A DNA stretch of 64,000 nucleotides from Nemertoderma westbladi (taxonomy: Eukaryota; Animalia; Xenacoelomorpha). The stretch is from positions 77,264 to 141,263 of the forward strand of contig JAUCBJ010007680.1 in assembly GCA_032718475.1 (NCBI GenBank), given 5' to 3'. This document shows positions 12,061 through 21,700 of the stretch, one piece after another. A program made the translations under genes and the position numbers. The notes beneath the pieces were generated by a model. It did not search any database. It saw only the letters and a program-made list of their open reading frames with translations, and had not been told where the DNA came from. Every line of letters starts with the position of its first letter. The first letter of the stretch is position 1.

Positions 12061-12292
12061 ACTACTATTACCGGCCATGCTTGTTAATTAATTATAAATG
12101 AATTGTTGTGGGGTGAGTGACGGGTAATTCACTAGCATACGGGGTATCAGTGGTTTCTACAACACTGTATAATAGTTATTCTTTGAGGTATGGTTGCAAT
12201 TTCTGGCAGAGCACGGGAATAACGTTGTACTTTCCTATGAGTGACTGTAAAAGGCCTAAATATATGATAGCCCACTCCATAGCGAATAAATC

Positions 12293-12395
12293 TTCTACCG
12301 CCCTGGTAGCTCAGTGGTCTTAGGACACACACTCGGCTGATGATAACCGTAAGTTTGAAACCTAGGTACCGGGTTCGAGTTCCAATAGGGGCGGT
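12293..12395 (+). ncRNA. tRNA-like Pol III cassette containing a minimal type I hammerhead ribozyme (copy 2)
   Basis: A box 12307-12317; helix I ACTCGG (12331-36)/CCGGGT (12369-74); CUGAUGA 12337-43; helix II AACC-GTAA-GTTT; GAAA 12357-60; palindromic helix III ACCTAGGT 12360-67; predicted cleavage after A12368; B box GGTTCGAGT from 12372; acceptor-like stem ACCGCCCT/GGGGCGGT. Confidence 0.78.
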
Positions 12396-12498
12396 TGATA
12401 TTTTTCGCTATGGAAAACATTATCATAATGTACTACACTGTATAACATATATTTAATTCCCCGTCACCCACCCCACAACAATTCATTTATAAGTAAAG

Positions 12499-12590
12499 CA
12501 AGCAGTCGGCCGAAGCCGGAGGCGACCCTAAGGCTCCTCATTTGATAGCTGCTACCCGAAGGTAGCAGTGGGAAACAACTCCACCGGGAA
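12499..12590 (-). mobile_element. 3' tail fragment of a SINE related to the one at 58067-58310
   Basis: GTCGGCCGAAGCCGGAGGCGACCCTAAGGCTCCTCATTTGATAGCTGCTACCCGAAGGTAG closely matches 58088-58148. Confidence 0.65.
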
Positions 12591-12874
12591 ACGTTGTAGT
12601 CCAACTCCAACCAAAATTGTTCATCTTCAGTAACTTTTGGAACACACCAGACATGCCAGAGAACTTTATAATTATTTTAATTAATTCCTTGCACCAATTT
12701 CAATTATTCTTGAAATTATTATGTGCAAAACTGAGAACCATGCGCAAACCATCAGAGGGCAGGAACTGGAAGACATAAAGCAATTAGATATCTTTAGTGG
12801 GGTCGCGAGCCACTAGTATAGTATCTATGCCCAAATTTAAAAACAAACATCGATTAATTATATTAGTGATTATC

Positions 12875-13135
12875 GGTTTTTATCATGAGGTTTTTTGTTC
12901 TAGAACAAATATTTACCATCTGAAGATGGTAGCCAGTAATTTTTATTTTGTGTTAGCTATTACTTTATATTAGCTAGTGAAAAAATCATAATTGAAACAA
13001 TAAAAAAAATTGACCGATTTTTTCTTGTGAAAATGTCTTTTATTATGACGTTTTTTGTTCTAGAACAAATATTTGAACATCTGGCAAAAATATGGTAGCC
13101 AGTAATTTTGATTTTATGTTGGCTAGTACTTTTTA
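12875..13135. repeat. Imperfect ~160-bp tandem duplication containing the palindrome TTGTTCTAGAACAA
   Basis: TTTTTTGTTCTAGAACAAATATTT...ATGGTAGCCAGTAATTTT occurs at ~12891 and ~13051. Confidence 0.7.
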
Positions 13136-13185
13136 TTTTAAAAAATGACAAGTGTCATTTAATCCTCAAATATATTTGTCAATAA

Positions 13186-13266
13186 CAATAAGAAATAAAA
13201 AAGCATTACAATAAGAAATAAAAAAGCATTACAATAAGAAATAAAAATGCATTACAAAAAGAAATA
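13186..13266. repeat. 23-bp minisatellite, ~3.5 copies
   Basis: ACAATAAGAAATAAAAAAGCATT repeated directly. Confidence 0.85.
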
Positions 13267-13872
13267 CATTATTCTTTAAGTAATTTGAAATTTATTTTAT
13301 TTATGTAACCATAGCAACAAAAATATATACCGGTAATTCTAGAATGAAATTGATAATACAAAGCCAAACAACATGTCAAAAATATTTTAATCTAAAAAGA
13401 AAAAAATCAAAAAACATCTAAAATTTCGGCATCGATACTATACTAGTGCCGGGTCGCGAACATTCAAGGGAAGATTTTAAAGTTTCAATTAATTTAATTA
13501 ATTTCATTTCATTTCAATTCTCTAACAATTGGCTGACATTCGATTTAGTGGTAGCTTGTAAATTTTGCTTGGTAACAAGTGTTTTTAAAATACCTAAAAT
13601 ATCTAAAAAAAATATTCAAATTTTAGCTATTGTAATTGCAATCTAATGCAATTTTTATTAAATCCTCATGTATTTTTAAAAAAAACACTGGCTATACCTT
13701 ATAAAAACACTGGCTACCTAAGAAAATTTACAAACTATCACTCAATCGAATGCCAGATAATCAACCACCATCCACAAAAAAATTGAAAAAAGTCATGCGA
13801 AAACCTCTAAAAATTGTCCCTTATGGTCGGTCACACAAGCTATAGTAGTGCCTCCTTTTCTGTGCATTACAC

Positions 13873-13945
13873 CATGTCCTGGAATATAATGTCGTAATTC
13901 AGTGACATGTCCTGGAATATAATGTCGTAATTCAGTGACATGTCC
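13873..13945. repeat. Perfect 33-bp tandem duplication followed by a poly-C run
   Basis: CATGTCCTGGAATATAATGTCGTAATTCAGTGA starts at 13873 and 13906, with a partial copy at 13939. Confidence 0.9.
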
Positions 13946-16900
13946 ACCCCCCCCCCCCCCCCCCCCAAAGGATTTAATGTGTAATTGAATGGATCAAAAA
14001 TCACCCTCCATAGAAACCACGATGAAAAATATCATAAAGATCAGAGCATTTTGTACTGATGTCAAATATGTAGCATCCAATCACAGTCGATTTTCAAAAT
14101 TTGCTTCCTGCGCTTACAATCCCGCCATTTCAACTAGTTCCAACAAATTTTTTACAACAACACACCCCGCAACTCGATTCAGGACACCTTGTTAACCCTA
14201 ATTCATTGTTTCTAGCCCAACAATTTTTTTATAAATTACACATACAAAAATTTTGGAGAGCAATAAAATTATCTGCGAATGATGTTTGGTTTACTAACAT
14301 TGAACCCTAATCTTAATTATAATGATAGCTAGCAGTCTGCTTAACTATATTGCTACTACTATACTGTATAGCGCTTGCTGATTTAGTTACCATAGTGTGA
14401 GTTGCCTAGACTATCCATAAACAAATACATTAATTATTATTCATTATTATTCCAAAATTGTAATTCTAACATCATAAAATCTTACCTTTTTTACTTTGGT
14501 TTTTAAGTGGATACAAACTTACAAAACTTACATAACTCCTAGAGGTTCTCACTCTCATATCTTTCAATCGCGCGGAAGTAAACCAATTTTAGTTATACTA
14601 CTCTATGTTGTAGGAAAAAATTGTTCCAATCCAGATTCAGGAAGTGCCCGCAAGTCCAAATCCCATTACATGCCAAACCTCGTCGCACTCATCACTACTG
14701 CCAATGTTGAATTGGCAGGCTATCGTACAGTAGGCCTATTTATTATATTTTTGCAAAAAATATATAACTATACTTACAAATGTTGTTTTTGATGAAGTAA
14801 CTCCCACTTAATAACTTGGGTACGAATGCGACTATTCTTGACTTCGTGAGGTAATTAGGAGCCCGCTTGACAGCGGGATACTTACTGTAAGAATCTCAGG
14901 GATACTTTCTGTAAAAATCTCAGGATACATTACACTGACTGACATACTGACTGACATACTGACTGATAATTATCTAGGTTAAGGCACTTCCTGCCTGGCG
15001 ATTTTGATGAAATTTTGCAAGTACATTGCTTTGGTGGTTCATAATCGCGTTACAAAATTTCAGATCGATTCTATGTGTGGTATTCGATATATTTAGTTTT
15101 TTGACATTGTTTTGTCGCGAAATTAAAAGCAATGGTAAAATAACAGCTGGTGTTAATGATGAAATATGGCTTAATATGTTATACACAGTCATAGAAAAAC
15201 GTGTTGGTTGCCAAGTTTTACTAGTAGGCTATAAGGAAAGGCAATGTTTACTCACACATAAGCTGTTGGTTTCTAATGTATTACCCCATAAGCTGATTGC
15301 TCTCCCAGTGCTTCCTAAGGGTATATCTACAATAAGGTTACTCACTCTTCTATGTTAGGGGGTGGATCAGGAGAATGAATTTTAGTTACACAAAGCAGTG
15401 TGTTGTGTCCTATTGCAGTCGATACTCACTGTGGATTGCAAAATGTTTTATAGTTGACCTACACTATAATACAGTAGTTGCATGTATTTAAGGAGCCCGC
15501 TCTGGCCTATCGCCTAAGGAGTACCTATATTACATATTCACATAGAATTCACTGGGAAGAGATATTCCGCTTGACGACGGAGTAATACAGTACCTATAGA
15601 AGGAAACTAAATTTGTTATTTGGCTCTATTCGTTGTTATTTATCTGGTTGTGCATTATGGGCATTTTTTATAAATATTCGGTAATCGCATCTTATATCTT
15701 GTAAACGTTCTTGATAATGAAATTATTTGCTTCATATTATATTTTTGTTAGTGGTAGCTAAGTTGCATTTTTTATTATGTGGGGCGAGCCACAAAGTCAG
15801 CTAGCCTCACGTCTTGCAGTTTAGACAATTTTAGTTTACTTACTGCTGACTGACATAGTTCTTTGTAATAGTCTTGGCTAGGATTCTTCCCCCGGGCTCC
15901 TTCCAGCCAGCTTGCTGGCTTTCTAGTTGGAAGCATTATTACTTTAGGGTTGCCAGAAGTTGATCATCAATAATTTAACTATTTTATTTCTTCAAGGCTT
16001 GTGATAGAGTCGAGAACTGGGTGCCAGATTAGACTTGGAGTATCTAATTTTATTCTAAAATTTTAATATTTATTTTATCAAACAAACGCCGCTAATGTTA
16101 AATTTAACATTAAATTGAATTAGGTCCTACTGTACGTGTTGCGTGTTAATTCTAGCGACAGTATACAGAAACAGATAGCGTCGCTTGTGCCTACAGCTAC
16201 AGTACTCGTACCGGTACAAATTATATATAACGTTAAAATGCTGCTTTGACATACCGGTACTGACGTCTGACGCTTATGATTTTAGCTACGACATGTGAGG
16301 TGGGTCAACTGTTTTATCGGACCGGTAACCGGTAAAGTATGCAGATAATCAGTAAAATATCGGCAACGGACCCTGCCTACATGTTGGGTCCTGTGGACGC
16401 TACTACTATTTTGGTATCCCACCCGCTCGCCGTTTTACTTTCGTAATTACATTTTGTACATCCTTTTCTACCTCTACCTTCGTAGTTACATAATATTTAC
16501 ATTTCGAATAAAAATAATATATGAATTAATAAGGCGGTTACACACAGCGCGATAGGGTACAATTTAAAGATATTGTGCTACTGTAGATATGTATAATTAT
16601 TACTATCATAAAAGTTGTCATGAACACTTATTCAGTGAAAAATATAATAATTGTTAATATATAATAATTAAATTAAATATTAAATTAAATAATTAAATAT
16701 AATAATTGTTAGGTATAAAGCGTAAATCTACTGTGCGCTGATTCGAATGGTTTGTTACACGAACGGACGTAGTGAGTGAAGATACGAGGTTCATAATACT
16801 TAGCGTAAACAAACCGCACGAAAAATTTGTGTAATTAAAAATTATGTGTAAAATGTTGGTGGAATCTCTCAAATTAGTAGTGATGGTGTTGGCTAATATT

Positions 16901-17198
16901 TTATTTGTTTGATTAGGTTGCTGTGACAACTGTAAATAATTTAATGTGTTAGTCATGACCTACTATAGTAGGTCATGTTTCAAAGTAATTCGTCTGGGGA
17001 TGTAAAGTCTAAATTACTTGGCTAACTACATCATCCGTAATGTTTGATATCTTGCTAGAGATATACTGTGATATATAACAACTCGCCGCATAGAAACGGC
17101 ACTAAGTATATATAATGTTGCAATTAAAATTATTATTATAAAATAATCAAATATTATTAAATAATTATGTAACAATTATACCAAAAAATTTACAAGTC

Positions 17199-18623
17199 TT
17201 ACGAGTGCTGTTGACTCCAATTATCAAAAGCCTTTTTGGCATCATAGCCTTTGTTATAGTCTTTAACCAAATACACTCTCATATAAGTGTCACGATCTTT
17301 AGTAGGAAACATGTTAGACCACGATTTTTCAAGGAAATTGAGAGATTTCATTGGTTGTAGTAGGTTTGCATTTGTCTTGTTGTACATAAGCAGTCTTTCT
17401 AAGTGTGAATCTATTCTACGGCATAGATCCACTTTGTACATATCAACGAGGAAGAAACTTTCATCTAGTCCTGTGACGTCACACAAATATTGCTTAACAT
17501 TATTCTTTGTATCCGATTTTTTTTTGACATCTTCGAGGTTTAGCAGATGTTTTCCGACGAAATAATATAATTTTCTACTTCGAATGTCTTTTATTAGATT
17601 TTTTGAATTTACCAAAAGAGAATCCTGACTTAGTTCAATTTGCCGCAAAATCGAATCTGTTATATGAGTAAAGATGGTCATATTTTTATTGGCCATAGTC
17701 TGTGCAATAGTCATCATTGGTTGACCTCCTTCTGAGGGTAACTTTATATACGGATTAGCGGACATTAATATATCGGCGATCATATACTCAATGCTCTTTA
17801 TAACAGGATGTTGACAGGGACAGCATCGTCGATGCAGCCTAACAATCATTTTGTAGAACTCATTCACGTTGTCCCATTCTTTATCACGATAAGCTAAGAC
17901 CTGCTGTTTTGCGCTGTTTCTTATTACTCGAGTAAATTTTATCAAACGATTATGCTCGAAACTGTTCTGTATCCCTAAATGAAAGCAGTCGCGAGCTAAG
18001 TAATCGCAACGAACCATATCTATTCCAGTGGCTTTATTGGAGATTATCTGGTACAGGAAGTACTTTTCATTCATTCGGTCTGAACCAGGACTGGGGACAC
18101 CCAGAATACAGTCTTTAACAAAGATTAGATCCTTTTCTCCTATCCCATACTTTACTAATTCAATGGATAAGTTATTGGATTCTATGAGATGGTCGAACAT
18201 TAGCAAAGAGAAGTCTTCGTGTCTCCATGTTGCAAACTCTTTCGGTAGAAAGTTCGCTTTGGCAAGTTTTGATACGACCACCTCGAAGGTGTGACTGAAG
18301 GGGCCGTGACCTAGGTCGTGACAGAGGCCGGCTAATTGGACGCAGAGTATGTCAGTGTCGGAGATGGAAAGTCCAGGCTGTGCCTGACGTAACTGTAGGA
18401 GTGCGATATTAGCGAGATGCGCGACTCCAAGAGAATGTTCGAATAGGTTGTGTGAGGCTGTTGGGAAGACATAGTAGACAGCACCGAGCTGCTTGATGTC
18501 CCGAAGTCGTTGGAACTGTGGCGTGTCGATGAAGCGGATCAGGAGTGGATGGAGCTCGATGAGTCCGTGTACGTTGTCCTGAAAGACTTTGGGAGAAAGG
18601 TTAATATCTCCTTGAGATTCCAT
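17199..18623 (-). CDS. SAMHD1: SAMHD1-like HD-domain dNTP triphosphohydrolase homolog; no SAM domain, intronless, probably catalytically impaired
   Basis: KVFQDNVHGLIELHP, IDTPQFQRLRDIKQLG, FEHSLGV, AGLCHDLGHGPFSH, WRHE, DYLARDCFHLG and LHRR..QH align with the SAMHD1 HD domain; 474-aa uninterrupted ORF. Confidence 0.9.
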   Translation of the reverse strand: MESQGDINLSPKVFQDNVHGLIELHPLLIRFIDTPQFQRLRDIKQLGAVYYVFPTASHNLFEHSLGVAHLANIALLQLRQAQPGLSISDTDILCVQLAGLCHDLGHGPFSHTFEVVVSKLAKANFLPKEFATWRHEDFSLLMFDHLIESNNLSIELVKYGIGEKDLIFVKDCILGVPSPGSDRMNEKYFLYQIISNKATGIDMVRCDYLARDCFHLGIQNSFEHNRLIKFTRVIRNSAKQQVLAYRDKEWDNVNEFYKMIVRLHRRCCPCQHPVIKSIEYMIADILMSANPYIKLPSEGGQPMMTIAQTMANKNMTIFTHITDSILRQIELSQDSLLVNSKNLIKDIRSRKLYYFVGKHLLNLEDVKKKSDTKNNVKQYLCDVTGLDESFFLVDMYKVDLCRRIDSHLERLLMYNKTNANLLQPMKSLNFLEKSWSNMFPTKDRDTYMRVYLVKDYNKGYDAKKAFDNWSQQHS

Positions 18624-18768
18624 ATTTTCTTTGAAATTAATATATTATTTTATATTTTGAATAAAATTAATCAATAATTTGGAGCAAATTGTTTCAGAAT
18701 TACTCAGTTTTATTACAAATGTGCGTTGGGGAAGCTAAGTGGGAGATTAGGGATACATTTAAGGTTGG

Positions 18769-21700
18769 AGTTCCGCCCGTATCTACATTTTGTTCTTATA
18801 GTTCCGCCCGTATCTACATTTTGTTCCTATAGTTCCACCCGTGTCTACATTTTGTTCCTATAGTTCCACCCGTGTCTACATTTTGTTCTTATAGTTCCAT
18901 CCGTGGCTACATTTTGTTCTTATAGTTCCAACCGTGTCTACATTTTGTTCTTATAGTTCCATCCGTTGCTACATTTTGTTCTTATAGTTCCACCCGTGTC
19001 TACATTTTGTTCCTATAGTTCCACCCGTGGCTACATTTTGTTCTTATAGTTCCACCCGTGTCTACATTTTGTTCTTATAGTTCCATCCGTGGCTACATTT
19101 TGTTCTTATAGTTCCATCCGTGGCTACATTTTGTTCTTATAGTTCCACCTGTCTCTACATTTTGTTCCTATAGTTCCACCCGTGGCTACATTTTGTTCTT
19201 ATAGTTCCACCCGTGTCTACATTTTGTTCTTATAGTTCCATCCGTGGCTACATTTTGTTCTTATAGTTCCACCCGTGTCTACATTTTGTTCCTATAGTTC
19301 CACCCGTGTCTACATTTTGTTCTTATAGTTCCACCCGTGTCTACATTTTGTTCTTATAGTTCCATCCGTGGCTACATTTTGTTCTTATAGTTCCATCCGT
19401 GGCTACATTTTGTTCTTATAGTTCCACCTGTCTTTACATTTTGTTCCTATAGTTCCACCCGTGGCTACATTTTGTTCTTATAGTTCCACCCGTGTCTACA
19501 TTTTGTTCTTATAGTTCCATCCGTGGCTACATTTTGTTCCTATAGTTCCACCCGTGGCTACATTTTGTTCTTATAGTTCCACCTGTCTCTACATTTTGTT
19601 CCTATAGTTCCACCCGTGGCTACATTTTGTTCTTATAGTTCCACCTGTCTCTACATTTTGTTCCTATAGTTCCACCCGTGGCTACATTTTGTTCTTATAG
19701 TTCCGCCCGTATCTACATTTTGTTCTTATAGTTCCACCCGTGTCTACATTTTGTTCCTATAGTTCCACCCGTGGCTACATTTTGTTCTTATAGTTCCATC
19801 CGTGGCTACATTTTGTTCTTATAGTTCCAACCGTGTCTACATTTTGTTCTTATAGTTCCACCCGTGTCTACATTTTGTTCTTATAGTTCCACCCGTGTCT
19901 ACATTTTGTTCTTATAGTTCCACCCGTGTCTATATTTTGTTCCTATAGTTCCACCCGTGGCTACATTTTGTTCTTATAGTTCCACCCGTGTCTACATTTT
20001 GTTCTTATAGTTCCATCCGTGGCTACATTTTGTTCTTATAGTTCCACCCGTGTCTACATTTTGTTCTTATAGTTCCATCCGTATCTACATTCTGTTATTA
20101 TAGTTCCGCCCGTATCTACATTTTTTCCTATAGTTCCATCCGTGGCTACATTTTGTTCTTATAGTTCCATCCGTGGCTACATTTTGTTCTTATAGTTCCA
20201 CCCGTGTCTACATTCTGTTATTATAGTTCCGCCCGTATCTACATTTTGTTCCTATAGTTCCATCCGTGCCTACATTTTGTTCTTATAGTTCCATCCGTGG
20301 CTACATTTTGTTCTTATAGTTCCACCCGTGTCTACATTTTGTTCTTATAGTTCCATCCGTGTTTACATTTTGTTCTTATAGTTCCATCCGTGTCTACATT
20401 CTGTTATTATAGTTCCGCCCGTATCTACATTTTGTTCCTATAGTTCCATCCGTGGCTACATTTTGTTCTTATAGTTCCATCCGTGGCTACATTTTGTTCT
20501 TATAGTTCCATCCGTGTTTACATTTTGTTCTTATAGTTCCATCCGTGTCTACATTCTGTTATTATAGTTCCGCCCATATCTACATTTTGTTCTTATAGTT
20601 CCATCCGTGTTTACATTTTGTTCTTATAGTTCCATCCGTGTCTACATTCTGTTATTATAGTTCCGCCCGTATCTACATTTTGTTCCTATAGTTCCATCCG
20701 TGGCTACATTTTGTTCTTATAGTTCCACCCGTATCTACATTTTGTTCTTATAGTTCCATCCGTGTTTACATTTTGTTCTTATAGTTCCATCCGTGTCTAC
20801 ATTCTGTTATTATAGTTCCGCCCGTATCTACATTTTGTTCTTATAGTTCCATCCGTGTCTACATTTTGTTCTTATAGTTCCACCCGTGTCTACATTTTGT
20901 TCTTATAGTTCCATCCGTGGCTACATTTTGTTCTTATAGTTCCATCCGTGTTTACATTTTGTTCCTATAGTTCCACCCGTGTCTACATTCTGTTATTATA
21001 GTTCCGCCCGTATCTACATTTTGTTCCTATAGTTCCATCCGTGGCTACATTTTGTTCTTATAGTTCCATCCGTGGCTACATTTTGTTCTTATAGTTCCAT
21101 CCGTGTCTACATTCTGTTATTATAGTTCCGCCCGTATCTACATTTTGTTCTTATAGTTCCATCCGTGTCTACATTCTGTTATTATAGTTCCGCCCGTATC
21201 TACATTTTGTTCCTATAGTTCCATCCGTGTCTACATTTTGTTCTTATAGTTCCATCCGTGGCTACATTTTGTTCTTATAGTTCCATCCGTGTTTACATTT
21301 TGTTCTTATAGTTCCATCCGTGTCTACATTCTGTTATTATAGTTCCGCCCGTATCTACATTTTGTTCTTATAGTTCCATCCGTGTTTACATTTTGTTCTT
21401 ATAGTTCCATCCGTGTCTACATTCTGTTATTATAGTTCCGCCCGTATCTACATTTTGTTCCTATAGTTCCATCCGTGGCTACATTTTGTTCTTATAGTTC
21501 CGCCCGTATCTACATTTTGTTCCTATAGTTCCACCCGTGTCTACATTTTGTTCCTATAGTTCCACCCGTGTCTACATTTTGTTCCTATAGTTCCACCCGT
21601 GTCTACATTTTGTTCTTATAGTTCCGCCCGTATCTACATTTTGTTCCTATAGTTCCACCCGTGTCTACATTTTGTTCTTATAGTTCCATCCGTGGCTACA

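Noticed and set aside
12293-12395. Functional tRNA gene (Ile-GAT or Asn-like)
   Set aside because: The D-stem and T-stem pair poorly and the central region is too long; it fits a hammerhead fold better.
12917-12945. Further hammerheads at CTGAAGATGG here and at CTGATGA near 5160, 45259, 46874 and 49789
   Set aside because: None has a helix II followed by GAAA, helix III and an NUH triplet.
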